A stretch of DNA of 64,000 nt from positions 1,536,001 through 1,600,000 of the forward strand of contig OY781066.1 of assembly GCA_963676395.1 (NCBI GenBank), read 5' to 3'. Below, in pieces: positions 41,900 through 51,825 of the stretch (positions within the stretch are counted from its first letter, which is position 1; each line of letters starts with the position of its first letter). The position numbers and the translations under genes were made by a program. The notes below the pieces were generated by a model. That model did no database searches, had not been told where the DNA came from, and worked only from the letters and a program-made list of their open reading frames with translations. The DNA is from a bacterium (GTDB lineage Bacteria > Fidelibacterota > Fidelibacteria > Fidelibacterales > Fidelibacteraceae).

Positions 41900-42174
41900 G
41901 TGGGAGAAACCGAGTACTGAGAAGTTTAGATATTATACTTGTCTTTAAGCCGAGAATGCATATCATAGAGTATACTTGGAAAAGCACAGAATCCGTAAAC
42001 AGATCATAAATATTCTAAGAATTATTAGCTTTGTCAGACAATGGTATAGAGGAAGTACCATATTTTTTGCAATTGGCACGAACAAATGTAAAAATGTCGA
42101 TTCATCTTAATTCGTAATTTTCAATTCGCAATTATTTTTTTATATTCACTTAACAAATAATTAATTGGAGTTTT

Positions 42175-43242
42175 ATGAAGTGGATCGTATCTATACTTTT
42201 CTTGTTCTCCTTTGCGTGTTCGCAATCTTTACATGTAAGCGGACAAAGCATAAACAGGACTTATCAATTGGCTGAAATTCAAAGACTGGAATTTGCAAAT
42301 CTTGATTCTTTATCTCATGCATCATTAAGTATTCATACTGTTAATGGAATTAAACAGATCCGATTGGCAAATATTGATTCTCTTAATCTCACAGAGGATA
42401 AGAAACTAAAAATTTATATCGAGTCCGGGGAAAACGAATTTAGATTGGCTGATATAGATCATGTGAATGTAACGCCATTGACATTTCCGGATAGGCATGA
42501 CGATGCACCAAGCGGATCTGAATTTATGAATTCTATTCTTGGTAAAAGTTTTAATGAACGCGAACCTCTTATCTTGGCAGAATTTCTTGCCGGTAATATT
42601 CCGGACATATCCAGGGAATTTATAACCTTAACCTCGGTTTTTAATGATGCAAACGGGGTGCCCCATACTGTGGAGTATGATGTGATGAGCGATTATCTCT
42701 CTGTTGGAACCAACGAAGATTATTGCCGGGTGCCGATGGGACCCTCGACGGCTCAGGCCATCGCTGATGCGTATGGGTGTATTTTGACTACCACAAAGCT
42801 TTGTGATGACATCTGGCACCATGCTACGGTAAAATTAAGTCCTATTCCTTATGCACCTGTTGGTGATAATAACTCGCAAGTGTATAAATTCATTGAGCAT
42901 AATCATGATATCAATGCGGCAAGACATGCCGAAAGTGGGGAGATATCCGAACTTATCGCCGGGATAAAAAAAGATGTTGTGATCTGCAATGCCATTAATT
43001 CTAAGCCGGGTTATGTGTGTATTTACGGTTGGCACTATACCAGTGGTTCACCCATTCAACCTTTATACACCGGACATGTTGATTGGTATGTTGATTATAG
43101 TCATGGAATACGACTTGTGAATGAGTATGTGCGAGTTGACGGTGTTAGTATGTCTGCCCATGATATATTAAAGGACCCGGTCTTGTATAAATTACTCAGT
43201 AAAGAAAACACGCCTATGCAATTAAGTTCATATCGTAAGTAG
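42175..43242 (+). CDS. Uncharacterised exported protein
   Basis: GGAG RBS and signal peptide; three N-terminal 'LAxIxxL' repeats; conserved-looking C-terminal domain (AGIKKDVV, IYGWH, IQP, YVDYSHGIRL). Confidence 0.75.
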   Translation: MKWIVSILFLFSFACSQSLHVSGQSINRTYQLAEIQRLEFANLDSLSHASLSIHTVNGIKQIRLANIDSLNLTEDKKLKIYIESGENEFRLADIDHVNVTPLTFPDRHDDAPSGSEFMNSILGKSFNEREPLILAEFLAGNIPDISREFITLTSVFNDANGVPHTVEYDVMSDYLSVGTNEDYCRVPMGPSTAQAIADAYGCILTTTKLCDDIWHHATVKLSPIPYAPVGDNNSQVYKFIEHNHDINAARHAESGEISELIAGIKKDVVICNAINSKPGYVCIYGWHYTSGSPIQPLYTGHVDWYVDYSHGIRLVNEYVRVDGVSMSAHDILKDPVLYKLLSKENTPMQLSSYRK

Positions 43243-43249
43243 GTGCATC

Positions 43250-44929
43250 ATGAAAAAAATATTAGCATACTTACTTTTAATGTTGTCTTTCTCAACACTC
43301 TATGCTTTGGAGCTGGTTGTCGTACCTCTTTCGGGAATTAATGATACATTGGAATTTGAGCAGGATATGAGTTTTTATTTTTCGGATCCCAATGCTGAAG
43401 TCACGCAATTGGTACAACCCAAAAATGCTGCCGTAAATGTATCTGTTTCTCCGCTATTTGTATGGCGACTTGTTGAGGGAAAGAGTTATGAGTTATTGTT
43501 ATCGCAAAGCGAAAGCTTTAGCGACACCTTGTTTCATGTTTCGGGATTGGATACCAATGCTTTTCGATATCAAGGGTCACTCTTGCAAAGCAGTAAATAC
43601 TATTGGAAAGTTCGTCTTTCGGGTGAAGAGTCCTGGACATTACCCAGATATTTCAAAACATATGCTCCCCCTGTTCCCCGGAAAATCGAATCCTGGGCGG
43701 TTCAGGGGAATAATTCCGGTATAGAACTTATCATTCAGGATGAAATGATCGTAGACTCCTTTATGGTTTTACTATTCACAGATGCTTTAGATCTTTACGA
43801 CACGCTTTATATTGATTCTTCTTATGCATCCTTAGATGAATTACAAGAAAACGCATATTTTATTAAGGTCGCCGGAATGAATTCCAGTGGTACAAGTCCA
43901 CTTTCTGAGATGTTGTTTGCTACGATTTCCAATGATGCTCAAACGGTGTTGATCGTTCAGGGATTTGAACGACAAACAACTGGAAATGATGGTGATCATA
44001 TTCTTCGTCACGCACAAGCATTGAACCGGTTGGCCATGTCTGTAGCATCAGCGACTAATGATGCCATAAATTGTAATTTTAAAGTTTTACCCGATTGGGA
44101 AATGATAGATTATATACTGGGGGAGGAAAGTACTGTAGATGAAACTATTTCGACTTCTGAGATAGCACTTTTTAAAGATTATTTGCAAAAAGGTGGTAAA
44201 TTATTTGTATCGGGAGCTGAACTTGCCTGGGATCTGGATCATAAAGGGACGTCCGCAGAAAAAGCATTTTGTCATGATTTTCTTCATCTTGCATACTATC
44301 AAGATGCGCCGGGTGGTCAGTCTTCGACAAATTATCACGTTCGCGGCATAGGAGATACAGTCTTTTCAGCCTTAGGAAATTTCTCTTTTGATAATGGAAC
44401 ACATGGATCATATAACGTAAAATATGCGGATGTGTTTACTCCCAAGAATGGTGCACAAAAGGTTTTTGAATATCCCGGTTTTGCCGGAGCGGCCGGTGTG
44501 GTATATGAGGGGTATTTTCCTGAGGGACTTGAATCCGGGAAAATTATGGTTTTAGGGTTCCCTTTTGAAACGGTGTATCCCGAGTCGAAACGACTTGAAC
44601 TGATGCATAGCTTTGTTGAGTTTTCTCAGCATGGTTTGGCCGTGTTGAAAAATGATATACCCGTAGAACATAAGCTACTTCCCAATTATCCAAACCCCTT
44701 TAATCCAAAGACAGCTATTACTTATCAGTTGTCAGCAATTAGTGATGTTGAAATTATAGTGTATGATATGAATGGCAGAAAGGTCAGTTCCTTGGTAAAT
44801 AGATCTCAAATAGCCGGCAGTTACCGGGTAATTTGGGATGCCTCACACTTAAGCTCCGGAATATATTTTACTGTGATGAAGGTGGATGGAAAAATTATTG
44901 AAACTCAAAAGTTGACCTTGATGAAGTGA
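43250..44929 (+). CDS. Secreted protein with FN3-like domains, a GFPFE-type domain and a T9SS-like C-terminal tail
   Basis: Signal peptide; YYWKVR; LGEESTVDET..YLQKGGKLFVSGAELAWD..GFPFE; NYPNPFNP..KLTLMK. Confidence 0.82.
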   Translation: MKKILAYLLLMLSFSTLYALELVVVPLSGINDTLEFEQDMSFYFSDPNAEVTQLVQPKNAAVNVSVSPLFVWRLVEGKSYELLLSQSESFSDTLFHVSGLDTNAFRYQGSLLQSSKYYWKVRLSGEESWTLPRYFKTYAPPVPRKIESWAVQGNNSGIELIIQDEMIVDSFMVLLFTDALDLYDTLYIDSSYASLDELQENAYFIKVAGMNSSGTSPLSEMLFATISNDAQTVLIVQGFERQTTGNDGDHILRHAQALNRLAMSVASATNDAINCNFKVLPDWEMIDYILGEESTVDETISTSEIALFKDYLQKGGKLFVSGAELAWDLDHKGTSAEKAFCHDFLHLAYYQDAPGGQSSTNYHVRGIGDTVFSALGNFSFDNGTHGSYNVKYADVFTPKNGAQKVFEYPGFAGAAGVVYEGYFPEGLESGKIMVLGFPFETVYPESKRLELMHSFVEFSQHGLAVLKNDIPVEHKLLPNYPNPFNPKTAITYQLSAISDVEIIVYDMNGRKVSSLVNRSQIAGSYRVIWDASHLSSGIYFTVMKVDGKIIETQKLTLMK

Positions 44930-44979
44930 TTGGTCTAATGAAATTTTGTGTAAGAAGTCGACGGTAGAGTTAGATCAAG

Positions 44980-45073
44980 CCTAGGATTTAATATTTATTT
45001 TGTTTTCGCGCTTCAGCGATTTAAGCTTTTCGCTTAATTAATAACACGCCTATTTGGGAGCCAAAATCCTAAA
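44980..45073. repeat. Decayed MITE/REP-like palindromic element
   Basis: Terminal inverted repeats TAGGATTT (44982-44989) and AAATCCTA (45064-45071) enclose the hairpins CGCT-TC-AGCG and TTAAGC-TTTTC-GCTTAA; lies between convergent genes. Confidence 0.5.
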
Positions 45074-45075
45074 TA

Positions 45076-46734
45076 TTATTCAAAATTCTCAACCTTTAAC
45101 TCATTAATAACATGTTGTAATGAATCTAGGGCGTCTTTGGGCAGTTTATCTCTGCTACCTTTAAATGAGTCACGGGAACGTATAAATTCAAGACGTTCTT
45201 TAAAACGTTTTATAAAGGCTTCTTTGTAGTATTTATTGTCCAATGAGGTCTCAAAGCCTTCTATATTCATGATTTTTATATCGTCAAATGGTCCCCAGTT
45301 AACAAAGTTTTCTTTATCTTCAATGATGGTTTCAATAATTTCCAGAGTGTGTTTAGGTTCAACTTTCTTGCCCATAAAATAGCCGGTATTAAGGACATAA
45401 CATTTTACGCCATCTTGTATAAGTTTTTTAAAGCGATTATAATCCATAGCCAGCGGGTAGGTGCGGAATGGATTGGCATAAGGTTCTACGACCAGAGCAT
45501 CGGGATTTACGCCGGGAGCCAGGCGCTCTGCAGAGGTTCGTTTAGTAGCCAACGTGGCACCCATTGCAGCGCCCAGGGAGGCACCTTCAAGTTGGATCAC
45601 CGGTGGGATAGTTGGGTCTTTCATGAGCCAAAAGATCGCATTGATTGGTTCATCTATCCGGTCAACCCGGTTTTCGGTCCATAGTTTTGATTTTACCGCC
45701 CGCCCGTTTCCGTTACGAAGATCTTCGGTTACCGGATATAGTTTTCCATCATCGTATTTAACCGCTCCATTATTCTGTAGCGTTAGGATGTATTTATTAT
45801 CCTCACAATCCATGGGATAATCCTGAGTTTTATCAAAATAGGCCGGTTCCATGGCGATGGAGTATTTTTCATCTGCATTGATTATAAATGCATCATCATG
45901 CAGAACCGTTACATCATATTTATCGTGATGTTTTGCATGAGTAATGGTGGATTTTCCTGAGCCTGAAAGTCCAAATACGGCAACCGTATAAGCGCCATCA
46001 TCCAAATTATATCGTTTAAGGCCACCATGGCAGGAAGCATAACCATTGCGTGCCGCCGTACCCCAACCCAAAGTAAGTGTACCCTTTTTAAGTTCTCCAA
46101 AATAGCGCATACCCAATAGGGCGGCACAGTTATAATCACTATCAAAAAAGGTTAATCCCAGTGGATGATCCTCATGTTTCCAATCGGGGTCGGCAAAAAT
46201 ATATATATCACCTTCGGGAAGTTTACGAGAGTTTTCGTATTGCTTTATCATGTTTTCACTGAGATATTGAAAATTCAGCATCCACGAAAGTAGCAGGTTT
46301 TCATAATTCTCAGGAATCAGCAGGTGAGCTTTAACCATAAAATCACGGTCTAATCCAACGAGTGCTTCTGCATGATACATTTTGCGATAACGAGTGTCAT
46401 AAATCGCATCCCGGATCTTTGCGGAATAATCATTGATCTCTACACCGGGTTCTCCCAAAATTCGGCGTGCAGCAGCGCAGCGACCGTAGACGGCTCCATC
46501 ATTAAAAAGGAGGACATTCGCATCGTTTGGCAAGCCTTGTTCTTGAGGTTTATAGATGGGCATGCCTGTTAGCTCAAGGGTGCCGGGTGAAGTCTTGGCC
46601 AAAGAGTAGGCTTCGGAAACCGTTTTTACCGGAACAATATTGTTGGAGTAAAAAGCCGTTTGTATAGTGGTTCGTATCTTTGAAGTGATCGATTTAAACT
46701 CTTTGTTATTCGTATAATGCCCGATCGTAGCCAT
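45076..46734 (-). CDS. pckA: Phosphoenolpyruvate carboxykinase (ATP), divergent type
   Basis: YFGELKKG, SCHGG, FGLSGSGKST, LHDD, NGR, ANPF; AGGAG RBS. Confidence 0.85.
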   Translation of the reverse strand: MATIGHYTNNKEFKSITSKIRTTIQTAFYSNNIVPVKTVSEAYSLAKTSPGTLELTGMPIYKPQEQGLPNDANVLLFNDGAVYGRCAAARRILGEPGVEINDYSAKIRDAIYDTRYRKMYHAEALVGLDRDFMVKAHLLIPENYENLLLSWMLNFQYLSENMIKQYENSRKLPEGDIYIFADPDWKHEDHPLGLTFFDSDYNCAALLGMRYFGELKKGTLTLGWGTAARNGYASCHGGLKRYNLDDGAYTVAVFGLSGSGKSTITHAKHHDKYDVTVLHDDAFIINADEKYSIAMEPAYFDKTQDYPMDCEDNKYILTLQNNGAVKYDDGKLYPVTEDLRNGNGRAVKSKLWTENRVDRIDEPINAIFWLMKDPTIPPVIQLEGASLGAAMGATLATKRTSAERLAPGVNPDALVVEPYANPFRTYPLAMDYNRFKKLIQDGVKCYVLNTGYFMGKKVEPKHTLEIIETIIEDKENFVNWGPFDDIKIMNIEGFETSLDNKYYKEAFIKRFKERLEFIRSRDSFKGSRDKLPKDALDSLQHVINELKVENFE

Positions 46735-46749
46735 GACACGCTCCTTTTT

Positions 46750-48048
46750 CTATGCTTTTAGCATTTTACATGCTTCATATACATTTTCGAACAGTTGTTC
46801 GAGTTTCCTTATACCTACTGCGGAATATGCCAGTCGTAAAACACCACGAATGTAAATGGTCCCGGTATCGAATTTATCGATCAAGAGTTGACGGACTTTA
46901 TCGCCATCTAATCCTTCAACAAGGTCAACACACATAAAGTAGCCTGAATTATAGGGGAGGGGGCTAAAGTATTCGCTGTAACGCTCTTTATTTATTGCAA
47001 GAATGCTTTTGACTTTTTCGTAACGCGCGCGTAAAAGTTCAAAGTTTTCTTTTTTTTCTGTAGAATAGTTTGGGTGGCGGAAAGCTTCAAGTAGCAGCGA
47101 TTGAGAAATGTGCGGTGAGGACGAAACCGACGAGCGTATGCCTCCGGCAACACGGTCCTCAAGGTTTTTATATACTTCAGGTGATAAGCCTTTGCCGCCA
47201 AAGGTGATAAAACCGGTACGAAAACCCCAAACATAGTCCTCTTTTGTAGCACCGTCAACTTTGATGGCCAGCACATTTTCATGTAGGTCTGTTAAATGTG
47301 CAAATGCAGATTGAGTGTCTACATCATCTTCGTACACTAAACCAAAATAAGCATCATCGCAAATGACTAACACACGGTTTCCGATCTGAGCAGATGTTAG
47401 AACTAATGCTTTGATCTTTTGCATTTCTTTTTTTGTAGGTGTGTAACCTGTGGGATTGTTCGGAAAATTCAGTGCCAATATCTTTTTACCGGGTTTACCT
47501 TTTAGAAGCTTTTCCTCAAGAGCTTTTAAATTTATACCGCCATCTTTGTAAAATGGAAAGGTATCAAAATTTACATCACAGCGTTCTTTCATGAGCATAT
47601 TGTAGTTGCCCCAATACTTGTCGGCTACGATCACTGTATCTCCGGGATTCAAAAAGAGCATGGATACAATGCTGAGTCCATGTGATAAAGCCACGGTCAC
47701 TACAGGTAATGACGTTAGTTTTCCTTCAAGTGAGGGGTTTTTTTTCACCTGCATCACTTTCCATAGTTCGCGAAGCTCGGTGAGACCGGAATTGGGAGCG
47801 TATGGAAATATTTTTGAGGGCTCGAGTTTAACTAATTCTTCCAGAGAAGAAAGATGTACGGGGCTGGTATCATCTTTAAGCGCAATTCCGATAGTCGCAT
47901 TGATGGCGGTTCCTTTGGCTTGCATACTTTGGGAAAGGATCCCGGTTTTAGGAAAATAAGATTCCCGTCCTTTTCGGGATAGGAAATCATAAATAATGGG
48001 AGCTTCTTTCTTTAGCGCTTCATTCAGTTCAACTGCAAGTGGGTTCAT
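46750..48048 (-). CDS. Class I/II PLP-dependent aminotransferase (aspartate-aminotransferase-like)
   Basis: NATIG, NFPNNPTGY, CDDAYFG, DGATKEDYVWGFRTG, LRLAYS. Confidence 0.88.
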   Translation of the reverse strand: MNPLAVELNEALKKEAPIIYDFLSRKGRESYFPKTGILSQSMQAKGTAINATIGIALKDDTSPVHLSSLEELVKLEPSKIFPYAPNSGLTELRELWKVMQVKKNPSLEGKLTSLPVVTVALSHGLSIVSMLFLNPGDTVIVADKYWGNYNMLMKERCDVNFDTFPFYKDGGINLKALEEKLLKGKPGKKILALNFPNNPTGYTPTKKEMQKIKALVLTSAQIGNRVLVICDDAYFGLVYEDDVDTQSAFAHLTDLHENVLAIKVDGATKEDYVWGFRTGFITFGGKGLSPEVYKNLEDRVAGGIRSSVSSSPHISQSLLLEAFRHPNYSTEKKENFELLRARYEKVKSILAINKERYSEYFSPLPYNSGYFMCVDLVEGLDGDKVRQLLIDKFDTGTIYIRGVLRLAYSAVGIRKLEQLFENVYEACKMLKA

Positions 48049-48251
48049 GTTTGTCCTTAATAATATTTTCAGCAAATGTTTAAAATCGAAAGATAAATAT
48101 AGGGAGGAATTCTGAGAAAGTAAATATAATTGAGAATTGAGAGTTGAGGTGAGCGTTTGTTTTGTGCTTTACGCAGGAACCTTCACTCGCTGTGTGCATC
48201 CATGTAAATTCGTATTTGTCTAGATAAATTACTGTTTAATTTTCTTAAAAA

Positions 48252-48267
48252 TGTGATGCCTGACACA
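48252..48267. promoter_or_regulatory. CRP/FNR-family-like palindromic site
   Basis: aaaaaTGTGA-tgcctg-ACACActttt in the divergent aminotransferase/asparaginase spacer. Confidence 0.35.
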
Positions 48268-48332
48268 CTTTTATTTCCATGCTTGAAAGCTTATAATGCA
48301 TTGCTTATTTTCTTGAAAATATGGGGATGAAA

Positions 48333-48416
48333 ATGAGCAAAGATAAACTCATTACTAAGCATGGCGGTTTCACCGAAAGAATGTATAGCATTCGGTTAAA
48401 AAGAAAAAACAAATAA
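48333..48416 (+). pseudogene. Internally deleted relic of a four-helix-bundle-suffix-domain gene
   Basis: 27-aa ORF MSKDKLITKHGG-FTERMYSIRLKRKNK joins the family's N-terminal (I.KHGGY) and C-terminal (EGGFTERxY) motifs at the shared GG. Family motifs are recalled from memory. Confidence 0.6.
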
Positions 48417-48714
48417 TTCACCATGTTTTTAGCTTGCTGCTTTTTATTTAATTTATTCCGCAAACGCTGTGTATGTTCAAATTTGTCCGTGTTTATCATT
48501 GTATCCTATCAATCTGTCCATCTTTAAATCGTTAGTATTTACAACTCATCATTAAAGAATTGTAATGTACACTGTAAAAATTTATTAAAATCTCTCTTAA
48601 GCATTACTTTTCCCCTTTAAACCTCAAAACTTTACGCGCATGTAATTTATTCTTGATTGCATAATTGATTTATTCGTATACTATTTTTGCAAGAAAAATG
48701 GAGTATGAAAGCGC

Positions 48715-49218
48715 ATGAAAGAGATCACGTTTATCACGACCGGTGGTACCATAGAAAAGACCTATAATGAGCATAATGGAGATCTGTCCAATCGTCAATC
48801 CATTTTAAATAAGATATTAATGACCCTTCGTTTGCCCAATCTTAAAATTTCCCAGCGAAATGTTATTTTCAAAGATTCATTGGATATGACCGATGTTGAC
48901 CGTGAAATTGTATTGGATATGACAAAACAAGCCATGAGTAACTCTGATGCGATTATTATACTTCATGGGACAGATACACTGGAGAAAACCGGGTGCTTGC
49001 TATATAATCAAATCAAACATCCAACATGTCCCATAATTTTTACCGGTGCAATGCGTCCTTACGAATTTCGTGACAGCGATGCCGCCCAAAATGTCACCGA
49101 AGCTTTGCTTGCCGCCACGATGGTTGAGCCGGGTATATATGTTGCCATGCATAATAAGGTTTTATCTTTTCCCGGTGTGAAAAAAGATAGAGAGAAGCTG
49201 ACCTTTGTTAATCATTGA
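48715..49218 (+). CDS. Short asparaginase (N-terminal catalytic domain only)
   Basis: TTGGTI, DSLDM, HGTDT, FTGAMRP, SDAAQN. Confidence 0.88.
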   Translation: MKEITFITTGGTIEKTYNEHNGDLSNRQSILNKILMTLRLPNLKISQRNVIFKDSLDMTDVDREIVLDMTKQAMSNSDAIIILHGTDTLEKTGCLLYNQIKHPTCPIIFTGAMRPYEFRDSDAAQNVTEALLAATMVEPGIYVAMHNKVLSFPGVKKDREKLTFVNH

Positions 49219-49325
49219 GACTTTTATATTCGTATCGTTTTAATCTTAAACCTTGTAGAGTTCCCTTTATTGACAAGCAATCGAAGATTTGATTGCGGAT
49301 GTCTTGATGCAACTTTTTGACCCCC

Positions 49326-49361
49326 AAAAAAAAGGACCTCGAAATTAATCAAGGCCCTTTG
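49326..49361 (-). terminator. Intrinsic terminator for the lamin-tail protein gene
   Basis: Minus strand AAAGGGCCTTGA-TTAATT-TCGAGGTCCTTT followed by a further T-tract. Confidence 0.8.
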
Positions 49362-49402
49362 TATTTTCGATTTACGCTCAACATCTTACGATGTTTTACT
49401 GT

Positions 49403-51763
49403 TTATTTAACGAACGCGATCTTCTGTACATCAACGACATCTTCAACCATAATTTTAACTAGGTAAAGACCTGTCGTCATATTGTTGGCAGTAATTTTAA
49501 GTTCATGAGAGCCAGCGTTCATCGTGCCGTTGGCCAATGTTGCAATTTCACGACCTGTTAATGTGTAAACTTTAGCGTTTACAACAGCTTCGCGTGAAAG
49601 TTCTACAGGAACAACCGCTGTAGGATTGAAAGGATTCGGATAGGCAGCACCGATCACGAAATCAGCTTCGACAACATCGTTGGCAAGTGTCACGGTAACA
49701 GCTTTGTCAGCGTATTTTGTTTCTTCGTTTGCGTAATCAACATCAGCTAGAACATAGGTGTAAGCAACACCGGGAACAACGCTTGCATCAGTATAAACAT
49801 AGTTGTTTGTTTCTGATGTTGTACCGGCACCTTCTACAGTGGCCAATACCTCGTTATTACGGTAGATCACAAAGTTAGCATTGTTAGTTTCAGAAGCAGT
49901 TTCCCATGCTAGTTCAATCACACCGGCTTTTGCTTTGGCTGTGAAAGCGGCAAGCTCTACAGCAAGAGGTTGTTCAATGTCATGTGTACCAGGAGTAGCA
50001 TTGCTAATCGCATTCATGTTCCAGTCAGAAGCTGTATTGCCTTCACCTGTCCTCCAAGCTCTTTGACCGCTTGATAATTGTTGATTTGTATATTCATTGT
50101 CAGCTATTGGATCAATATTAGTACCTGTTGCATCTTCGAATAGATATTGTTCGTCACCATTAATTTGGGGACATGCATTCTCTGAATTCACAAAAACAAC
50201 ATTCGCAGCTAAGGAAACTGACCATTCAGTTTCAAAAGCAGCTTGATCCATATTACGTGCTACAATTAAGAAACCCTTGGCAGGAATTGAGGTTGACGCA
50301 GGTATTGTGAAACTTTGAGTTGAACCAATTTGTCTTAAAACATAACTTGAAACATTTACAGCTGAGTTTGTTGAGTTGTAAATTTCAACGTATTCTCCAG
50401 CATAGTTGGCTGCGTCAGCATATTCGCTGATATAAACTCCACTACCTGTAGGCAATGCATCTGTTGTCTCTGAAACAGAGGGCACAACACCATCTGTTTT
50501 GTAATCAATGGCTTCGCCTGAGTTATTATATGGATAGATCTTGAATGTATATGCCGTTTCGGGGTCTAATCCTGTTACTGTAGCTGAAGTGCCACTAACA
50601 TTTTGAACGCTGTCAGCATTCACGATATCAATTTCATCAACAGGAATGTCACCCGTTGCTGTAACAATATAGCCATCTGCATCAGGTGTATTAGGGTCTG
50701 TCCATGATAAGGTAACTGATGTAGATGTTTTTGAGTCGGCAGAAAAATCAGTAATATGAGATGCGGGTTCAGTTTTCCACACATTACCATTTAAAGTAGT
50801 GTTTTTTGTAACTGCACCAGTAGAAGTTGCTGAGATAGTTTCTACATCATAACTGCCAGCACTTAATCCGGCCTTTAATCTTGTATAGATTGTTGTGGCA
50901 GCAATTGAGCCACTTAACTGTGTTAAAGTAATAGGATTAGTTGCAATAAAAGAACCACCGGTTCCTGTAGAAATCTCATAATTTGTGGGAGGAGTAACAG
51001 TAATGTTTGCGGTTAGGTCAGAGCCAGAAACAGTATAAGATTGTTCATACGATGGACCTGAACCCTCAACATATGAAAAACCTGATAATGACGTTTCACT
51101 CACAGTAATTACAGGAGAAGAACCAGCAGCAGTTGTGATAACGATATTATCAAGATAGATACTTTCATCGGTAGCGGTTAGTCCATTAAACTGAAGTTTA
51201 ATTACTAGACTTGTCCCTGAAATTGAAACATTATCTTTTGTAAATGTTTCAAAAGTAGTTCCATCTACTTTATTTTCAGGATCTGAATTCGCTGGTAATT
51301 CTTGTCCGATATCACCATTACCATCAAAGTCTAGATCAAGAGCAGCCGGATCATTGTATTGTTCACCAGTATTTTGAACCCACATAAGATTTTGATCAGC
51401 CCCTCCATCAACAGAGTATGTAATTAACAGTTCATCATTATCGTCCCAATCATTTGCATTTTTCGTAAAAAAATCAATGGAGAAAGAGAATGTTGATTGT
51501 GAGGAAATATCAATTGGTGAGAGGGTAATATTGGGATTTACTAGTGAAATATCTTCGCAAGCCCAATAAAAAGTCGCGTTGCCTCCATAAGAAGTATTCA
51601 CTCGGTTAAACACATCTGTTGTACCAGAACCCTCTGTAGCAGATGCAGTATAACCACTGTTTTCCGTTTCAAAATCAATGGTTGTTGTTGCACCCATCGC
51701 AACAACACTGATCAGTAGCGTAAGTAGTAAGGCAGATGTTAAAAGTTTAGCAATTTTTGTCAT
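49403..51763 (-). CDS. Secreted lamin-tail-domain/FN3 protein with T9SS-like C-terminal tail
   Basis: Signal peptide; FN3 (TGLDPETAYTFKIYPYN); LTD (ISEY..EYVEIYN..TPG); PLAVELAAF linker; AYPNPFNP tail. Confidence 0.85.
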   Translation of the reverse strand: MTKIAKLLTSALLLTLLISVVAMGATTTIDFETENSGYTASATEGSGTTDVFNRVNTSYGGNATFYWACEDISLVNPNITLSPIDISSQSTFSFSIDFFTKNANDWDDNDELLITYSVDGGADQNLMWVQNTGEQYNDPAALDLDFDGNGDIGQELPANSDPENKVDGTTFETFTKDNVSISGTSLVIKLQFNGLTATDESIYLDNIVITTAAGSSPVITVSETSLSGFSYVEGSGPSYEQSYTVSGSDLTANITVTPPTNYEISTGTGGSFIATNPITLTQLSGSIAATTIYTRLKAGLSAGSYDVETISATSTGAVTKNTTLNGNVWKTEPASHITDFSADSKTSTSVTLSWTDPNTPDADGYIVTATGDIPVDEIDIVNADSVQNVSGTSATVTGLDPETAYTFKIYPYNNSGEAIDYKTDGVVPSVSETTDALPTGSGVYISEYADAANYAGEYVEIYNSTNSAVNVSSYVLRQIGSTQSFTIPASTSIPAKGFLIVARNMDQAAFETEWSVSLAANVVFVNSENACPQINGDEQYLFEDATGTNIDPIADNEYTNQQLSSGQRAWRTGEGNTASDWNMNAISNATPGTHDIEQPLAVELAAFTAKAKAGVIELAWETASETNNANFVIYRNNEVLATVEGAGTTSETNNYVYTDASVVPGVAYTYVLADVDYANEETKYADKAVTVTLANDVVEADFVIGAAYPNPFNPTAVVPVELSREAVVNAKVYTLTGREIATLANGTMNAGSHELKITANNMTTGLYLVKIMVEDVVDVQKIAFVK

Positions 51764-51825
51764 TTGAAATTCCCCTTATATTTTCGTTATTATGAATAGC
51801 TCTATTTTAGCTATTTTAACTTCTA

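Noticed and set aside
41900..42000. GAAACCGAGTACTGA (ETEY*) as a third four-helix-bundle relic
   Set aside because: Only four codons match and the surrounding frames give no further similarity; could be chance.
49272..49303. Hairpin GCAATCGAA-GA-TTTGATTGC as an ncRNA
   Set aside because: A single stem downstream of the asparaginase stop; probably a terminator or stability element, with no other support.
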